Shown one piece after another: positions 8,559 through 17,998 of a stretch of 38,883 nt of DNA (position 1 is its first letter; each line of letters starts with the position of its first letter). Both the position numbers and the translations under genes were made by a program. Below the pieces are notes generated by a model. It was not told the origin of the DNA and made no database searches. It saw nothing but the letters and a program-made list of their open reading frames with translations. This DNA comes from a virus (Duplodnaviria; Caudoviricetes), in the IMG/VR virus record IMGVR_UViG_3300044274_000306, positions 1 to 38,883 of that record; one strand, written 5' to 3'.

Positions 8559-10961
8559 CTATCGCCCGATGGCGGCCGCGCCACGGGTCAAGCCGTGTTT
8601 GCGTTCCAGGACCTGGGCGAACTGGCTTTTGCCACTGCGGGCGTTCTCCGCCATGCGACCGTCGATCTCTTCAATCAACAGATCCATCTGCCAGGCACCG
8701 CCGCCGCTGCCCTGACGTGTCTGGGGACGGGCTTTTGTGCCCGGTGCCTCATAGATATTGATCACCGGCATGGCCGCCTGGCTGGGACGCGCTGCCGCAC
8801 CCAAAGCGGCCGATAACAACTGGTCAGCATTTTCCATTTGGCGGGGCGTGAAAATGCCTTCTTCCTGGCGCACGATCACAGCGCGCTCTCCCGCTGACAG
8901 ACCGTCATAACCCATGCCGCCAGAATGAAAGCGCGGTGCCCCAATAAACACGGCCGGATCGACCCGGCGGGACTGGCTGGGCGCATTGGCCATACCACCA
9001 GAATGAAACAGACCGCCAATAGCGCTGCTGAAATAACTAGCGATGGGGGCTGTAATGTTCTGCTGAATGGTCATTCGCGCAATATCGGCGATCATACTGT
9101 CAATCAGCGACCCGAATGAGACCTTGCCGGTTGTTGTGAATTCGACCAGGGCATCCTCCATGCCCTTAAAGGCACCGACTGTGGCCTGCTCCGCCGATGC
9201 GGCACTGTTTCGTGCAGCATCGGCATATTCCGCCAGACCCCGTGCGGCCCCATCACTGAAGGATCGACTGTCCGCGCGGGCCTGGGCCATCGCGGCCGCA
9301 ACCTGACCCTGGAAAATCTGCTCCACCTGGTTGGCAAATTCCTGATAGCCCGCCTTGGTCTCATCCAGCCCGGCCAGGGTGGAATCGCGCCAGGCCTCAG
9401 CCTCAGCTATCATGCGCTGATAGGTTGGCATCAACTGGCGCTGTGCCTGGGCGATGGCTTGCAGCGTTGCAGCATGGGTCGCGTCGCGCTTATTGGCCTC
9501 GGCAACCCCCGCTTCCTTTGCTTCCAGCGCCGCCTGGGCATTGGCATATTCCGATGCCAGCAAGGCAATTTCGGTGCGCAGATCTGCAGTGATCGGCCTG
9601 CCCGCCGCCAGTGCGGCCGACAGCAGGTCGGATTCTGCCCGTGCCCGCGCGATGGCCTGGGAACCCTGATCAAAAACGGCCAGATCCCGCCGCAGATCTG
9701 CCGTGCGATCGCTGACCTGCAGAAAAGCACGAGCATAGGGATCTGCCTTGTCGCGCTCCCGGTCCTTTGGTCCCTTCAGGGCCTTTTGCAGATCTGCTTT
9801 TGCCGCCGCCTTCAGGGCCGCTTCCATCTCCGCCGCGCCCGCCACATTGTTCTGGATGGCTGTATCAATCAGTTCCAGCTGCTCCCGGTACTTAGCCCAG
9901 GCGGCTTCACCTGGATTGAGACTGCGGCGCAGATCCTCAAAGGCATTGCCAAGCTCGGTCACACGCAAATCATCAATGGCGGCCTGTAATTCCGCAATCT
10001 GTTGATTGGCGGCATCGATTTCAGGCGTGCTGACAGCCTGGTACCGGTCGCGCTGGGTGGCCGCGGCCGCATCCAGTGCTTTCTGAAAATCCGGGTTGGC
10101 CGACTGGAAAGGGCTGCGCCCTTGCGACAGGTCCGGATTGAGCGCGGCGATCATCGCATCGCGTTTGACGATGGCGTCCTGCAGCTGTCGTTCCAACTGT
10201 TCCAGATCGCTGCGACCGGCATCCAGAATTTGACCGACCGGGCTCAGACCGGACAGACGTGATGACACATTGCGTTCACGAATGGCGTCCAGGGCGTCGG
10301 CATATTTCCATAGCTTTGTCTCAGCCTTGTCCGCCGCATCCCCGGTTGCGGTCAGATAGGTAACAATCCCGCCCAGCACGGCACCGGCCGCCCCGATCAC
10401 CGCCCCCCAGGGACCGAACATGGAGACCAGCTGCGTGCCCTGCTGGATCAGCGCCCGCAGGGCAGGGGTGCCACTGGCCACCTGCACGGCAAAATCACCC
10501 ACCTGCAGACCCGCCTGCTGTGCGATAAACCCGGTATTTCGATAATAGGAGGAGGCGCGCCCGACGGTCGTGCCACTCCGTTTGATCTCAGCTGCAGACT
10601 GTCGAAACGATGCCGCCAGACGCTTCTCGGCGGCACTGTATTCATCCGCACTGATTGCCCCGACCCGCAGCGCCCGGTTCAGCAACTCCGATTCCTGTGT
10701 AAAACGCTGCTGCAGGGCAAAGAGCGGATTATAGCGCGCCCTTAACTGATCCAGCTCCCGCCCATACGCAGCGATATCAGAGGCCCGTGCACCGGCATTC
10801 TGACCAGACCGGTTGATGCCTGTGGCAAATTCGATCTGGGCGCGCGCATTGCTGCGCAGGGCGGTTGTGACCTTCTGATAGGCATCCGCACTGCGCTCGG
10901 TCTCACGAATGAAACCTGACGCATCGGCCTCCAATTTCGCTGAGAATACGAAATCACTCAT
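8559..10961 (-). CDS. Tail tape measure protein (lambda-type)
   Basis: 800 aa, Ala-rich and helical; QVGDFAVQVASG..LIQQGTQL; AFKGMEDALVEF..TGKVSF..LIDSMIADIAR. Confidence 0.93.
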   Translation of the reverse strand: MSDFVFSAKLEADASGFIRETERSADAYQKVTTALRSNARAQIEFATGINRSGQNAGARASDIAAYGRELDQLRARYNPLFALQQRFTQESELLNRALRVGAISADEYSAAEKRLAASFRQSAAEIKRSGTTVGRASSYYRNTGFIAQQAGLQVGDFAVQVASGTPALRALIQQGTQLVSMFGPWGAVIGAAGAVLGGIVTYLTATGDAADKAETKLWKYADALDAIRERNVSSRLSGLSPVGQILDAGRSDLEQLERQLQDAIVKRDAMIAALNPDLSQGRSPFQSANPDFQKALDAAAATQRDRYQAVSTPEIDAANQQIAELQAAIDDLRVTELGNAFEDLRRSLNPGEAAWAKYREQLELIDTAIQNNVAGAAEMEAALKAAAKADLQKALKGPKDRERDKADPYARAFLQVSDRTADLRRDLAVFDQGSQAIARARAESDLLSAALAAGRPITADLRTEIALLASEYANAQAALEAKEAGVAEANKRDATHAATLQAIAQAQRQLMPTYQRMIAEAEAWRDSTLAGLDETKAGYQEFANQVEQIFQGQVAAAMAQARADSRSFSDGAARGLAEYADAARNSAASAEQATVGAFKGMEDALVEFTTTGKVSFGSLIDSMIADIARMTIQQNITAPIASYFSSAIGGLFHSGGMANAPSQSRRVDPAVFIGAPRFHSGGMGYDGLSAGERAVIVRQEEGIFTPRQMENADQLLSAALGAAARPSQAAMPVINIYEAPGTKARPQTRQGSGGGAWQMDLLIEEIDGRMAENARSGKSQFAQVLERKHGLTRGAAAIGR

Positions 10962-11004
10962 TGTGGATCAGCCTCTTGTCGAAACGACAGATCAAGTCAT
11001 GCGC

Positions 11005-11229
11005 TCAATCAGCGCTGGAGATATCCAGGTAATAGTGTTTGCCGACTTCAAATGTCCGGGCCGTTTCCGCAGAGACCAGACCAATCTTGAGGTCGCCATG
11101 GGGCGTGAACCTGAAGAAACTTTCGTTCTCAGGACTTCCGGATGTGACCGGCCTCATCTCAATCTGATACCCATTGAGGGTTTCCGTCTTGGCGTCACAG
11201 ACAAACTTGCACCGCGTCGTCATAACCAT
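11005..11229 (-). CDS. Small hypothetical phage protein
   Basis: AAAGGAGA RBS; globular-looking 74 aa (ENESFFRFTPHG). Confidence 0.75.
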   Translation of the reverse strand: MVMTTRCKFVCDAKTETLNGYQIEMRPVTSGSPENESFFRFTPHGDLKIGLVSAETARTFEVGKHYYLDISSAD

Positions 11230-11257
11230 TCTCCTTTGAAGTTACTTGTGAAACTGC

Positions 11258-11503
11258 TCAGTCGGCCTTTGTCGTAGACAAGGCCATCGCCCCCGCTTTT
11301 CGCAGCATCGCGTCATGCGTCGCCGGATCCGGGGCTGACAGGGCCATCACCCCGATTCCACTGAGCACCGCTTCGCGTTTCATCGGATCCGGGAGGGATT
11401 GGATCATCGTTGTAATATCCCCTGGCTGATACGTGTCACCGGGCGGATACCCACACCATTCTGCGATGGTGCTCAGATCAGATGCCGACCAATCTACTTT
11501 CAT
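11258..11503 (-). CDS. Small hypothetical protein
   Basis: AAGGAG RBS; fills the gap after the tail chaperones. Confidence 0.7.
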   Translation of the reverse strand: MKVDWSASDLSTIAEWCGYPPGDTYQPGDITTMIQSLPDPMKREAVLSGIGVMALSAPDPATHDAMLRKAGAMALSTTKAD

Positions 11504-11540
11504 TGTTCTATACTCCTTCTGGTCCTTTTAGTGGTTCCTA

Positions 11541-11924
11541 CTATGCGTCTAAGCGCTCTCTGAAGACCGACAGGGCCTCCAATTCCATATCCCGCAACCC
11601 ATCGAAAACACCTGGCTCTACCTCAATCCCCATCAGACGGGCGGTGGGCGCGATTGCGGCATAGTCCATGCCTGTCACAGCCCCCATTGCGTCGCGACGC
11701 CACTGTGTTGTCAGCGCGAAAAACAACCGAACGGCAGGCTCATTAACTGCCAGGACCTCAGTCGCCTCATCCACGCGCGCTGTGCGCTCTGGCTCGGTCC
11801 AGCGGGCGATCTCCGCCTCATCGGCCCCAAAGGCCTGTAACGCGGTGACCAGGCTGTCGGCATCGGCGGGATTGCGCTGCGGGCCTGCACCGGCCCAATG
11901 CCTGGCCACCGCGATCAGTTTTTT
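11541..11924 (-). CDS. Tail assembly chaperone C-terminal part (gpT/DUF1799-like), reached by -1 frameshift
   Basis: LFFALTTQWR..GMDYAA..LRDMELEAL; frame is open back to the slippery site. Confidence 0.8.
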   Translation of the reverse strand, partial: KKLIAVARHWAGAGPQRNPADADSLVTALQAFGADEAEIARWTEPERTARVDEATEVLAVNEPAVRLFFALTTQWRRDAMGAVTGMDYAAIAPTARLMGIEVEPGVFDGLRDMELEALSVFRERLDA

Positions 11925-12247
11925 CTCTCGATCCCCATCTGTGCATCTGTAAACGCCTGGATCAGGGCCAGCCGCACATAGGGCACCCGGGCCAGCATCT
12001 GGCGTGTCTCGGCGCTGTCTTCCATCATGCCATTCTCGCCTTCAATGCCATCGGGCAGACCCACAAAGACTTCGTTCAGCAGGGCAAAATCATCCCCTGC
12101 AGCCTCTTCCAGCGCGCGTGCGGCCTCGGTATCCATCATGCGAAACCGGGCACGGAATGTCTGTACGTCAAAGCCACTACCTTCTGCCGGCACACGCACA
12201 CGCACGTCGCGAATAACTTCCAGGCGATCGACAAATTTGTATTTCAT
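11915..12247 (-). CDS. Tail assembly chaperone (gpG-like)
   Basis: Between tail tube and tape measure; ends RKN at the slippery site. Confidence 0.85.
   Translation of the reverse strand: MKYKFVDRLEVIRDVRVRVPAEGSGFDVQTFRARFRMMDTEAARALEEAAGDDFALLNEVFVGLPDGIEGENGMMEDSAETRQMLARVPYVRLALIQAFTDAQMGIERKN
11918..11924 (-). other. Programmed -1 ribosomal frameshift site A AAA AAC
   Basis: AGA AAA AAC TGA ends the chaperone; the -1 frame reads KKLIAVARHW into the next ORF. Confidence 0.85.
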
Positions 12248-12305
12248 GACTGGGCCCTTTCCCTGTTCGGTCTGCCACTGTTCTGTCTGCCGGGACGTTG
12301 CCGGT

Positions 12306-13235
12306 CTATTTAACGGTCAGTTTGAATTCATCATCACCCGCATCTGTCGGTGTACAGCGCAGATCCAGCGACACGGTCGATTTGCTGTTTCGATTGCCAT
12401 AGGTTGGCTTTGACAGCTGCACCTTGGGCGCGTCGATCTGGATGATGTGCCCGGCTGTTGTGCCGTGGATCAGCTGTAAAGCCGCCAGGGTCGCATTGCG
12501 CGCCTTGGTGACGAAATCGAAGTCGCCAACGGACGGCGTATCCAAGACGGCCCGGCCAGTCACAGCCCGATCCGTGCGATCCACCCGTTCGGCATTGATC
12601 AGGTCTTCATGCACGATCTGGTTGCCAAAGCTGAATTGCAGCTCCCCGGATATACCGGAATAGCCATGCAGGCTGAAGGTCGGTGTATTGGTCTTGCTGA
12701 TCGGAATGGCATCCTGCCAGGCCGAAAAGTCCGGGGTCGGCAGGGCAACCGCAGAGGGCGCAACGAACAGGCCGGTAAAGCTGAAGGACAGCTTGGGCAG
12801 GCCGCTGGCATTCAGGCGCAGATCAAAGGTGCCGCGCGCGCCCGTCAGGACATGCAGATTGCCGTCCAGATTGATATACAGCGTTGCACTGTCACCAGTA
12901 TCAGAAACCGGTTCATAGACCGCGCTGGTATCTTCGGTAATTGTCTCCGCCATCCCGCAGGCACGCAACAGCGGGCCATAACCAGGGGCCGTCCCTGCAG
13001 CACCGCCGCCACCCAGCTCCACATCAAAACTGACCATCTGATAGACCCCGACTGGAATGGTCGGCTGGGCCCCCAGGGCGGCGGTCTGAAAGTCCCGCGA
13101 CTCCTCATTGCCTTCCAGCGGGCGGATATCAATGTTGCTGGCCTTGACCGCATTGGCGGCCACAGGCTCGCTATCCGTGCCATAGGTTGTTTCGATCTTT
13201 GACAGGATCACAGTCTTGCGAACGAATTTTGTCAT
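12306..13235 (-). CDS. Major tail tube protein
   Basis: KIETTYGTD, PGYGPLLRACG, GARGTF and DDEFKL; structural position. Confidence 0.85.
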   Translation of the reverse strand: MTKFVRKTVILSKIETTYGTDSEPVAANAVKASNIDIRPLEGNEESRDFQTAALGAQPTIPVGVYQMVSFDVELGGGGAAGTAPGYGPLLRACGMAETITEDTSAVYEPVSDTGDSATLYINLDGNLHVLTGARGTFDLRLNASGLPKLSFSFTGLFVAPSAVALPTPDFSAWQDAIPISKTNTPTFSLHGYSGISGELQFSFGNQIVHEDLINAERVDRTDRAVTGRAVLDTPSVGDFDFVTKARNATLAALQLIHGTTAGHIIQIDAPKVQLSKPTYGNRNSKSTVSLDLRCTPTDAGDDEFKLTVK

Positions 13236-13387
13236 CGGCTTTCCTTCCGTTTCACCGACCGCTTGGCGGCAGGTTTCTTCTTCGGTTCAACAGGCGTTTC
13301 TGACCGGCTGGCAGGGTCGCGGGTCGGCGGTGACACAAGATGGGCCGTACCGTCCTCTCCAATGCGATAGCTGCCACTGCGCTTCAT
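13232..13387 (-). CDS. Small basic hypothetical protein (51 aa, MKRSGSYRIGEDG...), not in the ORF track
   Basis: Translated by hand; AGGGGG upstream; stop overlaps the tube ATG (ATGA). Confidence 0.65.
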   Translation of the reverse strand: MKRSGSYRIGEDGTAHLVSPPTRDPASRSETPVEPKKKPAAKRSVKRKESR

Positions 13388-13399
13388 CTCACGACCCCC

Positions 13400-13837
13400 T
13401 TAAACCCGAACCCAGATGTCGGTTTCAAAAACATCTTCCCACCACACCCGACCGTTCTCGACGGCCAGCAACCGGCCGGTCACGAACAGCATCGGCATGC
13501 GCCCCGGATCGGGCTGCCACCCGATCAGCGCGCTGCGCAGGGTCTGACGCAAGACCTCCAACTCACCTTCCGCTTGGGCGGCAGTGCGCTGGTTTTTTGC
13601 CTCCAGGGCCGTGACCACGATATAGCGTTCGACCAGGCGCTGTTGCGTCTCACCAATTCCGACCTGGTTGCTGGCGGATCGATCGCCCTGGGGGACGACA
13701 TAAGCGGCCGGTGCCTTCACAGCCGCCGCGCCCCCTCGACCCTTGGCCAGGCGATCCAGATCCAGCGCGCCAGCGACCGTGCGATAGGATCCGTCCAGCG
13801 CTGTCGTCAGGTGCGTGATGATGGCGTCGGTAATCAT
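13400..13837 (-). CDS. Tail terminator / Mu gp37-like protein
   Basis: PAAYVVP..LRSALIGWQP..WWEDVFET; precedes the tube gene. Confidence 0.7.
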   Translation of the reverse strand: MITDAIITHLTTALDGSYRTVAGALDLDRLAKGRGGAAAVKAPAAYVVPQGDRSASNQVGIGETQQRLVERYIVVTALEAKNQRTAAQAEGELEVLRQTLRSALIGWQPDPGRMPMLFVTGRLLAVENGRVWWEDVFETDIWVRV

Positions 13838-14349
13838 GGCGTTGCCCCTGCGCCGCCACCGGCCAGGCCGGAGAGGTAATCCGTCAGTGTTTCGGTCACA
13901 TCGGCCTGGTCACCGTCATCAAAACCCAGATAGGGGCGCGCCGGTATGGTCACCGATTTGACGGTTGCAAAGCCATCGCCGATGGGAAACCGCAGCGCCC
14001 CGCCGTTCTTGGCCTCAATCTTACCGCCCAATTGATGTATCCGCGCATAGATCAGGTTGGATCCCCATTCCACCGAATGAGTGCCGGGAATATGAGTGAC
14101 GCTGGCGCGCAGATGCCCGCGCATCGTCAATGTCTTGCCACCCTCTGCCGTCGCGCGAGCGGAAGCCTTCCATTCCTGACCATCGGGCCCGGTCTCGCGC
14201 TCGAACCGGTCAATCACGTTGGACACCAGCTGCAGGCCGATTTCGTCCATGACATCGGTCATATCAGCAACGCCGGCCAACAAGGCCGCCAGCGCCGGTG
14301 ACAGCGTGTCCCGGTTGATTGTGTAGCGCAGGCCGACACCATCTGCCAT
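13834..14349 (-). CDS. Virion morphogenesis protein (Mu gpG-like)
   Basis: RFERETGPDGQEW, GSNLIYARIHQLGG and IPARPYLG. Confidence 0.9.
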   Translation of the reverse strand: MADGVGLRYTINRDTLSPALAALLAGVADMTDVMDEIGLQLVSNVIDRFERETGPDGQEWKASARATAEGGKTLTMRGHLRASVTHIPGTHSVEWGSNLIYARIHQLGGKIEAKNGGALRFPIGDGFATVKSVTIPARPYLGFDDGDQADVTETLTDYLSGLAGGGAGATP

Positions 14350-14351
14350 GA

Positions 14352-14768
14352 TCAGAACCCTTTCAGACTGTTGGCGGAAAACAGGCGTTCGGCGCTCTGA
14401 ATTTCCGCGCTTCCCGCCTGGTCAGCGGTGGGTTCATCCCCTGCAATGTCCAGGCGCGCCTTGCCGGTTGCGATATCCCGCAACAGGCCAATCGCGGCCT
14501 TATAGGCTTCGGTCACCCGCTCGTGCGGTGCGTCGGTGTAGAGATTGTAGCGCGCAATATCACAGGCGATCTTGGTCAGCTGCGCTGGCGTATCAGCCAG
14601 CGGCAGGTCATAGCGCGTGGCGATATAGGAATCGATGACGCTGGCAGCATCTGACAAGGCGGCCGCAACCAGATCTGTATCGATCGCAGCATCATCATCG
14701 CGGTCGGCAACGGCCAGCAGCTCGTCTTCCCCAAACCGATCAATCATATTTTGTTGCGTCGCGTACAC
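14352..14768 (-). CDS. Head-tail connector (Mu gp36/DUF1320)
   Basis: MYATQQNMIDRFG, IDSYIATRYDLPL and CDIARYNL. Confidence 0.9.
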   Translation of the reverse strand: MYATQQNMIDRFGEDELLAVADRDDDAAIDTDLVAAALSDAASVIDSYIATRYDLPLADTPAQLTKIACDIARYNLYTDAPHERVTEAYKAAIGLLRDIATGKARLDIAGDEPTADQAGSAEIQSAERLFSANSLKGF

Positions 14769-14797
14769 GGGCAGCCCGTCCTTTGGTTAAAATCATA

Positions 14798-14835
14798 CCC
14801 GCCGAGGATCCCGGTGCGGCGCGATCCTCGGCGGG
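14798..14835 (-). terminator. 13-bp inverted repeat, probable partial terminator after the head genes
   Basis: CCCGCCGAGGATC/GATCCTCGGCGGG followed on the minus strand by TATGATTTT. Confidence 0.6.
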
Positions 14836-14895
14836 CTTTCCGCTATGCCTCGGCGACGGCCTTCCGCACTACCGCCCGTCTACAGCCGCTCGCTC

Positions 14896-15324
14896 TCAGG
14901 TATTCTCTTTCTTGCCATCCTGGATTTCGGCCCAGAGTTCATCGCGTTCCTTGGAAGACACGTTTTCCAGGCCAGGCATTGCCCGCAATGTCGACAAATC
15001 AGGCAGTCCGGACTTCGTCCAATGGGCCGCATTTTCGGGATCAAGCGCCAGCATCCCGGCACGGATCGCCCCTTTCCAGATCTCCGCATCAAAGGGCGGG
15101 TTGTCAGGCGCAGCATCGGCAGGGGCCGGATCTGCATCAGGCTCCTGGGGTGCGGTTCCCTTTGCGACGATCAGCAGCGGATCTGACAGCAGTGCCTGGA
15201 TCTGTTCTGCCATCAACGATGCGATTGGCACCGTTACCGGCTCATGCGGCCACCGAAGGCCCGCCCGGCGTCGGCCAGTTGGTTCAACCGCTTTTACGGT
15301 CAGGGTTTCGATCTGGGGCGTCAT
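14896..15324 (-). CDS. Mu-like head-associated protein (HI1506/gp35-like)
   Basis: GRRRAGLRW..LLSDPLLIV N-terminal domain; GAGGAG RBS; follows the capsid gene. Confidence 0.7.
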   Translation of the reverse strand: MTPQIETLTVKAVEPTGRRRAGLRWPHEPVTVPIASLMAEQIQALLSDPLLIVAKGTAPQEPDADPAPADAAPDNPPFDAEIWKGAIRAGMLALDPENAAHWTKSGLPDLSTLRAMPGLENVSSKERDELWAEIQDGKKENT

Positions 15325-15407
15325 ACGCTTGCTCCTCTCTGAAAACTGGGTTGCTGTCGGGCGTTACCTTTGCAGGGTCCGACCGGTCTTAATCAGGCTG
15401 GCTGCGA

Positions 15408-16301
15408 TCACGCCAGCCAGGGAACGACCAGCACTTCCGCCGTGCCCTTCCAGACATTCGTCGCACCGGCCGCGTCGCGTTCGCTGTTGACGATTTCCAG
15501 GGCTGCGCCTTCCAGGCTGGGGGGTACGACCAGCAGTTTGGGCTTCAGACCCAGCGGGCGGCCATAATCGCCTTTCATGCCGGACAGCGCAGCGCGTGCA
15601 TCCTTGTATGCATCCTTGTCCAGGGTCTGTTTGGATCCCCAGGCAAACTGCCAGAAGCCAAAGCCGACATTGTTGCGACCGTCGACGCCGTATTTGAATT
15701 CGCGCTTGTCGAACACATTGTCGTCTGTCGGTTTATCCTTCGCGACGAATTCAAAGCTTCGACGGCTCTGATAGATGATCGGTTTCAGGGCCCGACTGTC
15801 GTCCAGCAGGAACCACGGCGTGCCGGATCCACCATCGGTATTGGCGACGGAGGTCTCGTTGCCCTTCTCATCCAGCACGGGATGATCGGTATCGAAGAAA
15901 TACTGCTTGTCATAACAGGCCGTTGAGAAACCATCCTTCAGCAGGCTGAAGCACAGCGTGTCCGGATGGGCCCCGGTGGACATCCCCATTTCGGTGAACA
16001 GCGGCGAATAGACGCCATACTGGTCATCTTCGATATCATCGCGGTCAACAGCGATGGTCAGTTCCCAGGGCTTGTTCTTGATCGTGTAGTCATGCTGACC
16101 GATGCTATTGACAACACGGTCGCCGATCCATTCGCGAACATTGGGCAGTTTGCCCAGCCAGCCATAGCTGGAAGATTGTGTGGTTGAGGGCACCATTGTG
16201 GCAACGCGGTTCCACTGCGGTGCCGCCTGGGACAGGCCACTTGCGAAGGCCGTGTTGAACGCTGTGCGCAGGAGCGCGAGATTGGCAGCATTGATAATCA
16301 T
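15408..16301 (-). CDS. Major capsid protein (Mu gpT-like)
   Basis: YGWLGKLP..REWIGDR, YDKQYFFDTDHP and FGFWQFAWGS. Confidence 0.95.
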   Translation of the reverse strand: MIINAANLALLRTAFNTAFASGLSQAAPQWNRVATMVPSTTQSSSYGWLGKLPNVREWIGDRVVNSIGQHDYTIKNKPWELTIAVDRDDIEDDQYGVYSPLFTEMGMSTGAHPDTLCFSLLKDGFSTACYDKQYFFDTDHPVLDEKGNETSVANTDGGSGTPWFLLDDSRALKPIIYQSRRSFEFVAKDKPTDDNVFDKREFKYGVDGRNNVGFGFWQFAWGSKQTLDKDAYKDARAALSGMKGDYGRPLGLKPKLLVVPPSLEGAALEIVNSERDAAGATNVWKGTAEVLVVPWLA

Positions 16302-16347
16302 GGTCAGAAACTCCGTTTCAAAAGGTCAATGGGGGATCCGGATCGGC

Positions 16348-16758
16348 CTATACGCCGATGCGAACCCAAACACCCTGATCGTCGACATTGACGATCGTGC
16401 CTGCTTTGGACCGGGCCGAAGAGCCATCGGTCTTGGCCACGGTTTGATCGTCCACGATGTAACAGGCCGATCCGATCTCGGCGGCGGTGATGGCATCGCT
16501 GGATGCGCTGTTGTTGAAGCGAAAGACGCCAGGGCGCACCTTGCCGGTGATCGCGCTATTGGCACCGTCCGAATTGTCGGCGCGCTCGGTAAAGATACCG
16601 ACAGCGACCAGGCCGGTTGCCGTGGCACCTGGCTGTAACAGACCGGCATTCAACACCGCGATGGCACCGACATAACCAAGCACGGCAGCCTTCATTGGAA
16701 ACTCGAAGAGCTGCCCGTCGATGCGAGGGGTGTTGCGGTCATTTGCAAGGGCGGTCAT
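16348..16758 (-). CDS. Probable capsid decoration/cement protein
   Basis: MTALANDRNT..CYIVDDQTV..GVWV; between protease and capsid; GGAGA RBS. Confidence 0.7.
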   Translation of the reverse strand: MTALANDRNTPRIDGQLFEFPMKAAVLGYVGAIAVLNAGLLQPGATATGLVAVGIFTERADNSDGANSAITGKVRPGVFRFNNSASSDAITAAEIGSACYIVDDQTVAKTDGSSARSKAGTIVNVDDQGVWVRIGV

Positions 16759-16807
16759 GGCGTGTTCTCCAATCAAATCATTAAGGGTTTAACGTCACCT
16801 GGCGCTG

Positions 16808-17452
16808 TTACTGGGCGGTAGCGGCGGCGTCTCGGGTTTCCTTGTACTTTTTCGGGTCCAGACCCATGGATGAGCAGATCGCAATCTCGTCGGCGCTCAG
16901 CCCATCCTTGCCAGCGCTGGGCGGTCCACTGACAATCGTGGTGCCCGGCTTCAGGATCTCTGGTTGCGCGGCGACGAAATTCTTGAACCCGTCCAGATCC
17001 TGGGTCGCATAACGGATCGCCCAGTCTTTCGTTGCGGGTGCGATCTTGCCCGCCTTCAGGGCTTCATCAACCGCACCCTGGGCGGCACCGGTTGCCGCAG
17101 CCGCCAGAAGTTGATTGACCTGTGTCTGCAGGGACTGGATGACGGTATCCTCATCACCCTGACCTGTCGTGCCCTTGCCCGGATCGATCTTCGCAGGATC
17201 TGCGACAGCAAGCTTGGCCTTCAGGTCCCTTACAACACCGTCCACGGCGCTGGCGCGGGCCGTATCATCCGCTGCCGACTGCACCGCTTTCAGTTCCAGC
17301 GGCCCGCCATTCAGTTTGGTAACAATCTGTGAGAGGATCTTGGCCTCAAGCTGGGCTGCTACGGCATCTTTTGCGGCCTGAATGGCCAATGCCTGATCGG
17401 CATCGGGCTTGAAGCCGAAAACTGCCATCATCTGCTCAAAAAACTTTTCCAT
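16808..17452 (-). CDS. Nested in-frame scaffold protein (Mu gpZ-like)
   Basis: AGGAG 9 nt before the internal ATG (MEKFF) just after the protease domain. Confidence 0.65.
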   Translation of the reverse strand: MEKFFEQMMAVFGFKPDADQALAIQAAKDAVAAQLEAKILSQIVTKLNGGPLELKAVQSAADDTARASAVDGVVRDLKAKLAVADPAKIDPGKGTTGQGDEDTVIQSLQTQVNQLLAAAATGAAQGAVDEALKAGKIAPATKDWAIRYATQDLDGFKNFVAAQPEILKPGTTIVSGPPSAGKDGLSADEIAICSSMGLDPKKYKETRDAAATAQ

Positions 17453-17941
17453 GGATTCTGACTCCTGAGTTGAAGTGTCGTCGAGGGATCCCGCCGCGCT
17501 GTTCAGGGCGACAAGGTCCAGGTTTGGATGATTGGTCAGGGCAGCGCGCAACAGGCGCTTTACGGTGCCATCGGTGATCGAATGGTTATAGACGGGACTG
17601 ATGAAACGATATTCACGGGCCTGGACGACGGTGCGCCCCTTCTCGGTCCACTCTACCTTGCCCCAAAGGCCATCTGATCGGGATTGCAGCTCCACGATCC
17701 ATCCAGCGGCTGGTGCTGTGCCGCCAACCCGCTTGGCAACGGCAAAATCAATCTGGTGATCATAATCAATGGGCAAGGGAGCGCCTGGCGCGATGGATGC
17801 GGCAATGACTGACTCTGCATTCTTCAGCTGGTAAGGGCCATCGCCGCCCTTGCCGGAAAATTCACCTGTCGGCAGCAAATGGATCCATTCCGGCGCGCCG
17901 TCCGGAATGGGCATGGCATGTATGGCAAGGCGCACTTTCAT
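16808..17941 (-). CDS. Prohead protease/scaffold (Mu gpI-like)
   Basis: PIDYDHQ, APAAGWI, EYRFISPV and ALTNHPNL. Confidence 0.92.
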   Translation of the reverse strand: MKVRLAIHAMPIPDGAPEWIHLLPTGEFSGKGGDGPYQLKNAESVIAASIAPGAPLPIDYDHQIDFAVAKRVGGTAPAAGWIVELQSRSDGLWGKVEWTEKGRTVVQAREYRFISPVYNHSITDGTVKRLLRAALTNHPNLDLVALNSAAGSLDDTSTQESESMEKFFEQMMAVFGFKPDADQALAIQAAKDAVAAQLEAKILSQIVTKLNGGPLELKAVQSAADDTARASAVDGVVRDLKAKLAVADPAKIDPGKGTTGQGDEDTVIQSLQTQVNQLLAAAATGAAQGAVDEALKAGKIAPATKDWAIRYATQDLDGFKNFVAAQPEILKPGTTIVSGPPSAGKDGLSADEIAICSSMGLDPKKYKETRDAAATAQ

Positions 17942-17998
17942 CGACAACCGATCTCCAAACGAGCTGCCGCCCCGATGTGGTGGCGGCAATATTTGAGT

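Noticed and set aside
8915-9010. Duplicated CCAGAATGAAA (FHSGG twice)
   Set aside because: Common C-terminal tape-measure motif
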